64,000 nt of DNA from Flavobacteriales bacterium (GTDB lineage Bacteria > Bacteroidota > Bacteroidia > Flavobacteriales_D > Sanyastnellaceae), in the NCBI GenBank assembly GCA_002683345.1, contig NYSX01000012.1, positions 18,057 through 82,056 on the forward strand, given 5' to 3'. This document shows, in pieces, positions 44,862 to 53,526 of this stretch. Every line of letters starts with the position of its first letter. Positions within the stretch are counted from its first letter, which is position 1. Both the position numbers and the translations under genes were made by a program. The notes under the pieces are model-generated. The model ran no database searches and was not told the origin of the DNA. It was given only the letters and a program-made list of their open reading frames with translations.

Positions 44862-47234
44862 TCAGAAGGACCAATCCAAGCCCACCGAGGGCAAGAAAGG
44901 CAGCTGGTTTTTGCGCTGGCCTGTGATTCGGTTGATGTAAAAGACGTTCTCCCTGCTGTAGACATTGGTCACACCTGCAGAAAACTCGAGTTCACCTCCG
45001 CCCACTTCCTTCCAAGTGCGCTTCACGTTGAGGTCCAAGCGATGGTAGGCGGGCAACCGGCCTTCGTTGAGGCCAGCGAGGTAAATGCTGATGTCGCCAG
45101 GATTGGACGTGAGGTAATCGCCATCAATGCCCCCTCCCGTGCCAGGGGCTTGGTAGTAGCCTTGGCTTTGGGTGAACGGCAATCCCGACCCCAAATTCCA
45201 TCGGGCAGACACCAACCACGCGCCGTTGCCGAAGCCTTGGCTGGCCACCAAGTTGACGTTGTGACGGCGGTCAAACACCGGGTCGTACCAACGGAAACCG
45301 TCCCAACGGTCGACGTCTCCCAACCCATAGACGAACCACAAGTAGGTCTCGCGCTCCTCGTATTTGACCACGACATCTGCCCCCACTGCACGTCCCGTCT
45401 CCACGATGAAATCCTTCTTGAAGGCATCGGGCTCGTCGGCGTAGGTGGTGTTGTCGGGGAAGAGCTTGTTCCGGTTGAAGTTGGTCAGTTGGGTGAAGTG
45501 CTTGATGTAGCCCTCGGTGTTGATGTTCAACCGTTCCGTCAGGTCGAACTCAAAGCCAGCCACGGCGTGGTTGGCGGTCTGCAAGCTGTGCACAATTTCG
45601 CGCTCCTCGCCATTGGGAAGCTGGATGTCGTCCTGCAAGTTTTGGGGTCCCGCCAAGAAGCCGTAGAACAGGTTGACAATGTCGCGGTCTGAGTTGGCCG
45701 AGATGACGTTTTGGGAGTACATCCCTCCTGCGGCCTTCAGGCGCAACCGCTCACTGGCCTTGTACTTGATGCCAAAGCGAGGCTCCATCCGTGCACGGGC
45801 CAAAGAACTGTAGTACTGCAGACGCAAGCTGGGCTGCACAATCCAGGGACCACGCTTGATGGTGTAGTCCACGTAACCTCCAAGTTCCGTGGTGTTTTCT
45901 TGTTGCTCCACGGCAACCTGCAACGAATTGAAGGTTTGGAAGTCGGTCTGCATGCCGACCACCTCAATGCCGTACTCCACGTTATCTTCCCCCAAGACGT
46001 ACTTGAAGTCAAGCCCAAAGTTGAATCCCTGCACCTCGCTGAAACGGTCTGGAGATCCCACTTCGTCGAAGTTGATGCGGTAGTTGCTCAAGGCAAAGTG
46101 GCCGTTCAAGAGCACGGAACTTCCAGGGGGCACCACGGTGAAAGTTCCTCCGCCGCCGACATTGCGCCAGCCGTAGTTTGCAAAGTCCACACCTGTGCTG
46201 TCGTCCAAGACACTCGCGTTGTCGTTGAAGTTGAAGCCAAAGACACTCAACTTGGAACCGTCGCCCCCGCCAAACGTGATTTTTCCGAACGCGTCTGTGA
46301 ACCCAAAGGGCAACCGTCCGTCGTCGATGTAGGGGTAAAACAGCTGCGAGGTTTGCTCGAGGTAGCTGTGCTTCACGCTCAACAAATAACTGATGCCGCC
46401 GGAGCGGTCCTCAGACATCTTGCGAAGCGGTCCGTGCACGAGCAACTTGGCCCCAAATGGACTGGCACCCACGCGGCCTTCGGTTTGGCGCATGTTGCCA
46501 TCGCGGGTGCGAATGTCCATGACGCTGCTGATGCGCCCGCCGTACTTGGCTGAAAACGCGCCCGTGTAGACGTCGGCATTCGAAAGCGCGTCCGAATCAA
46601 ACACACTGAACAGGCCGATGCTGTGGAAGGCGTTGTAGATGAGCATGCCGTCGAGCAACACCTTGTTTTGAATGGGAGATCCGCCGCGGATGTACAACTG
46701 CCCGCCTTGGTCCCCTGTCGAGACAAACCCAGGCAGCACTTGAAGCGCTTGCACCAAATCAGGGGCCCCGCCGAAGCTCGGAATGCGTTTGATGTCCGCA
46801 GGGCGAATGGTCTCCACGGAAGTTCGGACTTGGGTGGTTTGTTCCTCGCGATCGGCACGCACCTCTGCGCCTTCCAGCGTCACCACCTTGGTTGCGAGCA
46901 ACAGATTGCGCGTCAACACCTTGCCATCTCTTATTTCAACCGACTCTTTCACGGTTTCGTACTCGAGACTGGTCACCACGAGGGTGTATTGTCCGGCAGG
47001 GATTCGGCTCAAGCTGTAATACCCTTCCACGTCGCTGGACACCCCGTAGGTGGTTCCTTCAAGCGTCACGGAGGCAAACATCACCGCTTCCCCAGACGAC
47101 TCCGACTTCAAAAAGCCTTTGACCGTGCCTTGGGCGGAAGCGACAATGCCCCACCCCATCATCACCGCGAATCCCACAACGCGCCACAACGAAGACGTCT
47201 TTGCGCCCAGGGAAAAGGTTTTCAATTCTTGCAT
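44862..47234 (-). CDS. TonB-dependent receptor with N-terminal CarboxypepD_reg-like domain
   Basis: Signal peptide, a CarboxypepD_reg-like segment (GTVKGFLKSE...GYYSLSRIPAGQYTLVV), a plug (IQNKVLLDGMLIYN) and a beta-barrel ending in ...VGLDWSF. Confidence 0.9.
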   Translation of the reverse strand: MQELKTFSLGAKTSSLWRVVGFAVMMGWGIVASAQGTVKGFLKSESSGEAVMFASVTLEGTTYGVSSDVEGYYSLSRIPAGQYTLVVTSLEYETVKESVEIRDGKVLTRNLLLATKVVTLEGAEVRADREEQTTQVRTSVETIRPADIKRIPSFGGAPDLVQALQVLPGFVSTGDQGGQLYIRGGSPIQNKVLLDGMLIYNAFHSIGLFSVFDSDALSNADVYTGAFSAKYGGRISSVMDIRTRDGNMRQTEGRVGASPFGAKLLVHGPLRKMSEDRSGGISYLLSVKHSYLEQTSQLFYPYIDDGRLPFGFTDAFGKITFGGGDGSKLSVFGFNFNDNASVLDDSTGVDFANYGWRNVGGGGTFTVVPPGSSVLLNGHFALSNYRINFDEVGSPDRFSEVQGFNFGLDFKYVLGEDNVEYGIEVVGMQTDFQTFNSLQVAVEQQENTTELGGYVDYTIKRGPWIVQPSLRLQYYSSLARARMEPRFGIKYKASERLRLKAAGGMYSQNVISANSDRDIVNLFYGFLAGPQNLQDDIQLPNGEEREIVHSLQTANHAVAGFEFDLTERLNINTEGYIKHFTQLTNFNRNKLFPDNTTYADEPDAFKKDFIVETGRAVGADVVVKYEERETYLWFVYGLGDVDRWDGFRWYDPVFDRRHNVNLVASQGFGNGAWLVSARWNLGSGLPFTQSQGYYQAPGTGGGIDGDYLTSNPGDISIYLAGLNEGRLPAYHRLDLNVKRTWKEVGGGELEFSAGVTNVYSRENVFYINRITGQRKNQLPFLPSVGLDWSF

Positions 47235-47241
47235 ACGAGGT

Positions 47242-47249
47242 CAAAAATA
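47242..47249 (-). promoter_or_regulatory. -7 box TATTTTTG, 7 nt upstream of the TonB-dependent receptor ATG
   Basis: The reverse complement of 47231..47250 reads gTATTTTTGacctcgtATGc. The box lies just past the Lhr stop codon. Confidence 0.5.
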
Positions 47250-47251
47250 CA

Positions 47252-49690
47252 TCAGGCCCAAGCCATTCGCTTCAGGCGATCTTCAAGGGTTTCGGACGAC
47301 AAGCGTTCACGCAATCGATCCACGAACAAGGGGAACGCCAGAGGCGACGGTTTGTCCAAGACGCAATGCACCACCTCGCGGTTGCACATCCCCTGCAGCC
47401 ACTGAAGAAGTCGGCCAAATTCAAGCTGGTCCGCCAACATTTCATCCTGCGCCTGACGCAGCAGCAGGTTGTCAGGATCGTGATCTTGGAACACCTGCAA
47501 CAACAAGTTGGTGGACGTCAACAAATGGCGCTCCTTGACCGTGGCGCCTGGAAAGCCCTGAAACACGAGCCCTGCAATGGTCGCGACATCCCTGAATTTG
47601 CGGCGAACCAATTCGGATGCATTGAAGCCCGCGGACAAATCGTCCATCAAGTGCGCTGGACTCAACAGGTCTGCGTCTTCCACGCGTGACCAAGGAATGG
47701 GCTGGTCGGACAAGAGTTCGAGGCCGTCGTCGTTGCAGGCCCAATTGAAGGTTTGGGGGGTCAGCAGACTCAAGCGATACGCCAAGAGCATGGCCATGGC
47801 CTCGTGGACTTTTCGGCCTTCGAAGGGATACAGGAACAAATGATGGCCATCCCCATCTTCCAGCGTCTCCACGAGCAATTGGTGGGCCCGGGGAATGGTG
47901 CTGCGCTCCGCTTGGATTTGGACCATGGGTGCCAACCGCTGCAACTCCGGCTCCCAAGCCGCATCCGCGTCGGCCAAACGGTCCCAGGCGAGACGCAGCC
48001 TGTGGGACAACTCCGAACTCAGGGACATCCTGCCGCCCATCCATGCCGGCGTACGCGCCGTGGAAGACTTGGACCGGCGCACCTTTGCCACAAGGCCCTT
48101 GAAGGACACCAGCGCGACCGTGTGGCCCGCAAAGACAAACGAGTCCCCCTCGCTCAAGGAGGCCACAAACGTCTCCTCGACGTGTCCGAGCAAGCCCTGT
48201 CCCTTGAGGTGGACCGCCACCATGGTCGCGCTGACGATGGCCCCCATGCTCATGCGGTGCCGACGCGCCTTGGTCCGGTCGCGCATGCGCCACAGGCCTT
48301 CCTCATCGACATCCACGCGTCGGTGCTCCGTGTACGCCCGCAACGAGGGACCGCCCGTGGAGATCAAATCGAGGCACTGCCGCCAGTCGTCCTCCTCCAT
48401 CTCGCCGTACGCATGGGTTTGGGCCAACACCGACCGAACCTCCTCGGGTTGAAAGCCATCTCCAACCGAGAGCGTGCACAACCATTGGACCAAGACATCC
48501 CAACACAGGATGACCGGGGTTTTGGGTTCAATTTCTCCATGGGCAATGGCCTCGCGCAAGGCCACGGCTTCGATCAACTCCAACCCGTGGGTGGGCACGA
48601 AAAAGGCCTTGCTCACCTCGCCGGGCCGGTGGCCACAGCGCCCCGCACGTTGAATCATCCGCGACACCCCCTTGGGGCCGCCCACCTGCACGACCGCATC
48701 CACCGGTCGGAAGTCCACGCCCAAATCGAGCGAGGCCGTGCACACGACGGCGCGCAACCGGCCGTCGTGGAGCGCATCCTCCACCCATTCCCGGAGTTCG
48801 CGGGCAATGGAGCCGTGGTGCATGGCCATGAGCCCTGCCCATTCCGGTTTGTGGTCCAGCAGCGCCTGATACCACACCTCGGCCTGCCTTCGGGTGTTCG
48901 TGAAGATGAGGGTGCTTTGATGAGCCGCCACAACCTCAGCCACTTCGTCGAGCAACTGCAGTCCGATGTGCCCAGCCCATGGAAGCTTCGCAAACGCCTG
49001 GGGCATGGTGCTCTCGACCTCGATGTCCTTGTGGATGTCCGCACGAATCAGCGCCCCCTTCGTCGAACCCACCAACGCCTCGAGTGCAAGCTCGGGCTCG
49101 GCCAAGGTGGCGCTGATGCCCCACACGCGCATATCCTGATCTGGGTGGCGTCGGGCCATCCAGGACACCGCCAATTCGACTTGCACACCGCGCTTGGACC
49201 CCAGCAGCTCATGCCACTCGTCAACCACCACGGCCTGGGCCTTCGACAGGCGGTCTGCACCGCCCTTTTGGGCGATCAAAATGTGCAAGGACTCGGGGGT
49301 CGTGATCAAAATGTCTGGAAGTGCTGTGCGCTGCTTGGCCTTCTCTTTGGCCGAGGTGTCCCCCGTTCGCGTGCCCACTTCCCAGTCCAACCCCAGGCCC
49401 AAAACCATGGCCCGAGCCGCATCGGCGATGTCTGCGGACAAAGCCCGCAAGGGCGCCACCCACACCAGCTTGACCCCGCGCGAGTTTCGCGTTGAGGCTG
49501 CAGCCGCCGACAGCACGTGCCCCATGGCAGCATAGGTTTTTCCGCTGCCGGTGGGGGCTTGGAGCAAGCCGTTTTGGCCTTGGGCAAACGCCTCCCACAC
49601 CTCTTCCTGAAACGCCTGAGGCGTCCAACCCTGTTGTTGGAACCACGCCTTGACTGGCGCGTGAAGGCGATGAACTTCGGAAGGCGTCAT
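47252..49690 (-). CDS. Lhr-type DEXH-box helicase (ligase-associated DNA damage response helicase family)
   Basis: WFQQQGWTPQAFQEEVW, Walker A APTGSGKTYAA, DEWH (DExH), QRAGRCGH and a C-terminal DEAD-associated region. I chose the start at MTPSEVH (49690); ATG 49735 is an alternative. Confidence 0.8.
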   Translation of the reverse strand: MTPSEVHRLHAPVKAWFQQQGWTPQAFQEEVWEAFAQGQNGLLQAPTGSGKTYAAMGHVLSAAAASTRNSRGVKLVWVAPLRALSADIADAARAMVLGLGLDWEVGTRTGDTSAKEKAKQRTALPDILITTPESLHILIAQKGGADRLSKAQAVVVDEWHELLGSKRGVQVELAVSWMARRHPDQDMRVWGISATLAEPELALEALVGSTKGALIRADIHKDIEVESTMPQAFAKLPWAGHIGLQLLDEVAEVVAAHQSTLIFTNTRRQAEVWYQALLDHKPEWAGLMAMHHGSIARELREWVEDALHDGRLRAVVCTASLDLGVDFRPVDAVVQVGGPKGVSRMIQRAGRCGHRPGEVSKAFFVPTHGLELIEAVALREAIAHGEIEPKTPVILCWDVLVQWLCTLSVGDGFQPEEVRSVLAQTHAYGEMEEDDWRQCLDLISTGGPSLRAYTEHRRVDVDEEGLWRMRDRTKARRHRMSMGAIVSATMVAVHLKGQGLLGHVEETFVASLSEGDSFVFAGHTVALVSFKGLVAKVRRSKSSTARTPAWMGGRMSLSSELSHRLRLAWDRLADADAAWEPELQRLAPMVQIQAERSTIPRAHQLLVETLEDGDGHHLFLYPFEGRKVHEAMAMLLAYRLSLLTPQTFNWACNDDGLELLSDQPIPWSRVEDADLLSPAHLMDDLSAGFNASELVRRKFRDVATIAGLVFQGFPGATVKERHLLTSTNLLLQVFQDHDPDNLLLRQAQDEMLADQLEFGRLLQWLQGMCNREVVHCVLDKPSPLAFPLFVDRLRERLSSETLEDRLKRMAWA

Positions 49691-49696
49691 GTTGCA

Positions 49697-49704
49697 CAAA
49701 GGAA
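49697..49704 (-). promoter_or_regulatory. -7-like box TTCCTTTG, 6 nt upstream of the proposed Lhr ATG (49690)
   Basis: The reverse complement of 49681..49710 reads gcgatgTTCCTTTGtgcaacATGacg. Confidence 0.3.
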
Positions 49705-49818
49705 CATCGCGAAGCGACGTCGGTTCAAACAACATTTGGGGTCCTCCGCGCGTCCTTGTTTCGTCGTCCTGTATCTTCGGCACGGTTTGTGCCTCAGACC
49801 ACTGCAATACTTGAAACC

Positions 49819-50631
49819 ATGATTCAGTCCTTCACACGCTCCACCTGGTTCGCTTCTGCGGCCATGCTGTTCATTCTTGCCCTTGGCGCTGCGCCCCAAT
49901 CTTGGGCCCAAATCCGAGAGGAAGAAGAGGAAGAACCCATCCTCATTACAGAGGACGAGTTGAACCAATTGCTCGTTTGGTACGTCGACGGAAAATACGA
50001 GAAGGTCTTGTTCAAGGCCATTCGTTACACCGAGGACGACGACCAAAAGAAGCACCCCGTCCCCTACCTCTACATGGCCAAGGCCTATCTCGCCATTCAC
50101 AACAGCGACGACTCGGATTTGCGGGAATCGTACGAAGTGGACAAGATGAAGGCCCTCAAGAATGCATTGAAGTACGCGGGCAAGTTTGTCAAGAAAGACA
50201 AGGAGCAGGAATACGTTCCTGAGGAGCAGGACTATATCGAGGACCTTCGCAAGGAGACCATCATTGCCGCAGAGACGGAAATGGACAACGGCAAATTCAC
50301 CAAGGCCAAGTCGTACTACAAGTACCTCACCACCCTCGACAAAGAAGACCCCGGAGCCTGGATGATGTACGGCACGGTCTTCTTGACCCTCAAGGCCCGA
50401 CGCGACGCGGACAAGTCTTGGGAAACGGCGCGCAACCTGCTCCTCGACCAGCAAGCCCGTGGCTTGACTGAGGGACAGCGCGACTTGCTGCAATATGCCT
50501 TTGTGACGACCATTGAGAAATTGGACGAGATGGGCGATGCTGCCACGGCGCGCGAATTCATCACCCTCGGTGACGAGTTCATCGGCGGTGAGCGCGAATA
50601 CGAAGCGGTCAAGCGTTCCATCGGAGGCTGA
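49819..50631 (+). CDS. hypothetical secreted protein (acidic, TPR-like helical repeats)
   Basis: Trimmed to MIQSFTRSTWFASAAMLFILALGAAPQSWAQ (signal peptide), followed by an EEEEEE run. The K/E/D/Y-rich composition is coding-like, unlike the antisense ORF 49687..50718. Confidence 0.55.
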   Translation: MIQSFTRSTWFASAAMLFILALGAAPQSWAQIREEEEEEPILITEDELNQLLVWYVDGKYEKVLFKAIRYTEDDDQKKHPVPYLYMAKAYLAIHNSDDSDLRESYEVDKMKALKNALKYAGKFVKKDKEQEYVPEEQDYIEDLRKETIIAAETEMDNGKFTKAKSYYKYLTTLDKEDPGAWMMYGTVFLTLKARRDADKSWETARNLLLDQQARGLTEGQRDLLQYAFVTTIEKLDEMGDAATAREFITLGDEFIGGEREYEAVKRSIGG

Positions 50632-50643
50632 TCCCCACTGCGG

Positions 50644-51534
50644 GTGTCGACTCTCGCCTCTTCTTCCTCTCCCGACGCGGGCTTTGCCTCTAAGGCATGG
50701 CTTGGTGCAGAGGGCCAAATGTTGTCATCGTCTGGATGTGCTGTGGGTGTCACCCGCACCACCCTGAAAGGCTTGCTCTCTCTGACGTGCACGCCGCCTT
50801 GGGCCTTGCATATGGGACTTCAAGGCGATTTGACCACCCAGCAAAACCTGATGTCTTCCTGTACCGGCCTGCGGTCGATGCTCCACGTGCTGGACCTTGG
50901 CCCTCACGCCCATGAGGACCTTCAGGCACCTCGCGGGTGGCAAGACGTCACGCGACACACACGGCAGAGCACATGGTCCGAAGACACGGACTGGGGTGTC
51001 GGCAAATCCCGGCAAAAGCAGGCCGCACGTTTCCTGCGCGACGGAGGGACCGTGACCGTCGCGGAACATGGTGAAGCCTGGCAAGACGTGCATGCGCTTC
51101 ACCTGGCTTCCCGAACCCGCAAAGGCCTTGCGCATCACGGTACCAAGCTGTCGACGTTGCTGAATCGCTTGGCCGGTCAACCCTGGACCTTTGCCGTGTT
51201 GGCCCACAACCAAGAGGGTGACTGTGTGGCGTCAGGAGGCTTTGTGGTGCTTCCAGACCAAACCTGCGTCTACGCTTTCGGGGGCCAAATCCGATCCAAG
51301 GTCTCGGGACGTGCGTCCGTGGCCATGTTGCGCACGGCCATGGATGAAGCCCGGGCACGAGGCTGCACCACCTTTGACTTTGGGGGCAGCCAGGATTCCG
51401 GCGTGGACCAGTTCTATGCCGAGTTTGGGGCACGTGCTGTGCCCATGCGACGTTGGGTCCATGCCCCTTGGTGGTTCAAGCGGTGTTTCCCGCAAACGTG
51501 GTCCACTTGGACCACGACCTCTCCTCACTTCTGA
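50644..51534 (+). CDS. FemAB/BioF2-like GNAT-fold acyltransferase (putative)
   Basis: The C-terminal half (VASGGFVVLPDQTCVYAFGG...ASVAMLRTAMDEARARGCTTFDFGGS...GVDQFYAEFGA) resembles FemAB-like / Acetyltransf_6 proteins. The N-terminal ~60 residues look poor and the start is uncertain (GTG 50644 or ATG 50719). Confidence 0.45.
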   Translation: MSTLASSSSPDAGFASKAWLGAEGQMLSSSGCAVGVTRTTLKGLLSLTCTPPWALHMGLQGDLTTQQNLMSSCTGLRSMLHVLDLGPHAHEDLQAPRGWQDVTRHTRQSTWSEDTDWGVGKSRQKQAARFLRDGGTVTVAEHGEAWQDVHALHLASRTRKGLAHHGTKLSTLLNRLAGQPWTFAVLAHNQEGDCVASGGFVVLPDQTCVYAFGGQIRSKVSGRASVAMLRTAMDEARARGCTTFDFGGSQDSGVDQFYAEFGARAVPMRRWVHAPWWFKRCFPQTWSTWTTTSPHF

Positions 51535-52553
51535 GCTCTCCCCTTGTCGAGCATCGCTTCGATGGCCGCCACCACGGCAAGGCCCTCTTCCACCGGTGTG
51601 GCCACGGCATGTCCGTCCAACAACACGCCAACCACATTGTCGTACACGTGATGGTGGTTGGCCGCGGACCCTGTGTACCCGCCGTAGTCGTTGGGCGGTG
51701 GCGCCTGAGCCAACGTCGGCTTGGGGGTGTCGGGCATTTGGAACTCCTCCAAGCGATCCATGTATTGTCCGCCGATGCGTACCGTGCCTTTGTGCCCCAT
51801 CACCGTCATGCTGCTTTCAAAATTGCGGTGCGGCGAAGACGTGCTGAACGTCAAGGTGCCCCACCCACCGCGCTCGAGTCGGAATCGCACCACCCCTCCA
51901 TCCTCAAATGCGGTGTCAGGATGGGTTTGATTCACAAAGTGCGCGTCCGCCACGTCGAGGGGCCCAAAGACCCACATCAGGATGTCGATGAAGTGAGAGA
52001 ATTGCGTGAACAACGGGCCGCCATCTTGGTCCAAGGTGCCGCGCCACGACCCTGGGGTGTAGTAGCGACCGTCCCGGTTCCACAGGCATTGCACGTGCAC
52101 TTGAAGCACCTCGCCAAACCCGCCGGCGTCGTGGGTTTGCTTGAGCCATTGGGCGGCTGGGGCGTACCGGTTTTGCATCACCCCAAACACCCTCACGCCC
52201 TTTGCCTCTGCGTCGCGCTTCAAGCGTTCCACCGACGCCACATCCAGTCCCATGGGCTTCTCCACCACCACGTGGCAACCGGCGGCAACCGCTTCGCACG
52301 CGAGGTCGACGTGGCTGCCATTGGGCGTGGCCACCGCGACCACATCCACATCCAAGGACGCAAGGGCCGTTGAAAGCGTGGCGAAGGCACGAGCCTCTGG
52401 CGCCCAAGGCTGCGGAGACACTTCTCCCTCTTCTGCCCAGGCGTGGTCGACCACCGCCACAAGCGCGGCGCGGTCGTCTCCCTGAATCATGGCCACATGG
52501 CGCTTGCCAATGTGACCGCATCCCACCACGGCAAAACGTACAGGTGCCTTCAT
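51525..52553 (-). CDS. Gfo/Idh/MocA family oxidoreductase
   Basis: This is the C-terminal 342 codons of the 629-aa track ORF. MKAPVRFAVVGCGHIGKRH (Rossmann) and VVVEKPMG. The upstream part of the track ORF is antisense to the next gene. Confidence 0.85.
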   Translation of the reverse strand: MKAPVRFAVVGCGHIGKRHVAMIQGDDRAALVAVVDHAWAEEGEVSPQPWAPEARAFATLSTALASLDVDVVAVATPNGSHVDLACEAVAAGCHVVVEKPMGLDVASVERLKRDAEAKGVRVFGVMQNRYAPAAQWLKQTHDAGGFGEVLQVHVQCLWNRDGRYYTPGSWRGTLDQDGGPLFTQFSHFIDILMWVFGPLDVADAHFVNQTHPDTAFEDGGVVRFRLERGGWGTLTFSTSSPHRNFESSMTVMGHKGTVRIGGQYMDRLEEFQMPDTPKPTLAQAPPPNDYGGYTGSAANHHHVYDNVVGVLLDGHAVATPVEEGLAVVAAIEAMLDKGRAQK

Positions 52554-52557
52554 GCGA

Positions 52558-52565
52558 CAAAGGTA
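52558..52565 (-). promoter_or_regulatory. -7 box TACCTTTG, 4 nt upstream of the Gfo/Idh/MocA ATG
   Basis: The reverse complement of 52551..52570 reads tccgcTACCTTTGtcgcATG. Confidence 0.5.
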
Positions 52566-52571
52566 GCGGAC

Positions 52572-52579
52572 TACCTTCG
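52572..52579 (+). promoter_or_regulatory. -7-like box TACCTTCG, 4 nt upstream of the BtuF-like ATG
   Basis: cTACCTTCGcatcATGcgc. Together with the box at 52558..52565 it forms the palindrome AAGGTAGcggaCTACCTT. Confidence 0.4.
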
Positions 52580-52583
52580 CATC

Positions 52584-53327
52584 ATGCGCGTGGTTTCTTT
52601 GGTGCCGAGTTGGACGGAGTTTCTGCATGACCTCGACGTGGATGTCGTGGGGCAAACCAAATTTTGTGTCCGCCCTGCCTCCAAGTTTCGGACGTTGCCG
52701 CGAATCGGTGGCACCAAAAACGTCAAGGTTCAAGACGTCCTCGCCTTGAAACCCGACCTCGTGGTGGCCAACCGTGAAGAGAACGACAAGACGCAGGTCG
52801 AGGCCTTGATGGAGGGTTTGGCCGGTGGCGTGCTGTTGACCGACGTACGCACCGTCCCGGACGCATGGGCCGCCATGCTGCAACTCGGCGAACGCGTGGA
52901 CCGCGCGGCGGACGCCCGCGACATGGTGAACCGCATTCGAGATGCGTGGGGCGAACCACGGGCCATCGTGGGGCAGGCGGGATACGCGGTTTGGTCTTCT
53001 CCTTGGATGGTGGCAGGTCACGACACGTTCATCCACGACGTCATGCGTCATTGGGGCATCGGCAACGCCCTCGACGGCGGCACGGAAAGCCGCTACCCCA
53101 CCACCGGGGAGGACCCGGAGCGCGGAACCCTCGCAGCGCGCCAGTGGCTGCTGCCCTCCGAACCCTTCCCCTTTCAGCCCAAGCACCTTCCCGCACTGCA
53201 CGCAGCGCATCCCGAAGCCCGCTTTCGTCTTGTGGACGGAGAGGCCTTCAGTTGGTACGGGTCGCGGATGCTCCACGTGACGGCGCACCTTGGCGAAGTG
53301 GCCGAGTGGGTGGCCGAGACCGCGTGA
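52584..53327 (+). CDS. BtuF-like class 8 periplasmic-binding-fold protein (cobalamin/helical-backbone metal receptor-like), no signal peptide
   Basis: Trimmed to MRVVSLVPSWTEFLHDLDV...LKPDLVVAN, typical of the BtuF/FhuD-fold N-lobe. No signal peptide is visible. Confidence 0.6.
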   Translation: MRVVSLVPSWTEFLHDLDVDVVGQTKFCVRPASKFRTLPRIGGTKNVKVQDVLALKPDLVVANREENDKTQVEALMEGLAGGVLLTDVRTVPDAWAAMLQLGERVDRAADARDMVNRIRDAWGEPRAIVGQAGYAVWSSPWMVAGHDTFIHDVMRHWGIGNALDGGTESRYPTTGEDPERGTLAARQWLLPSEPFPFQPKHLPALHAAHPEARFRLVDGEAFSWYGSRMLHVTAHLGEVAEWVAETA

Positions 53328-53526
53328 GGTTGAACATGCAGGTTGACGCCTGGGCTCCCGGACCTGCCCGGTCAGGCTGTCAGGCTTTGCCCCGTTTTTT
53401 GACGCGGATGTCATAAAAATTCGACGGGCGTTGACAGGATGTCAGTTTGGCACGGGGCGAAAGGGATTGGCACCAGGTTTGGTCTAAGAGGGCCAAACAA
53501 ACGAAAACACAATCAACCCTTGCAAC

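Noticed and set aside
53328-53398. The T-run ccccgtttttt after the BtuF-like gene, considered as a terminator.
   Set aside because: I could not find a convincing G/C-rich stem immediately upstream. There are only a 4-bp GGGC/GCCC pairing and a CAGGC direct repeat.
51525-53414. 629-aa minus-strand ORF.
   Set aside because: Only 51525..52553 is the Gfo/Idh/MocA oxidoreductase, and the Rossmann motif begins right after the ATG at 52553. The N-terminal ~287 codons are antisense to the BtuF-like gene and the dnaK upstream region.
53468-53482. Sigma-54-like TGGCAC-N5-TTGG upstream of dnaK.
   Set aside because: The -12 element lacks the conserved GC (TTGG instead of TTGC). A second TGGCAC at 53448..53453 has no -12 partner. 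No enhancer-binding protein gene is nearby. I treat it as a chance match.
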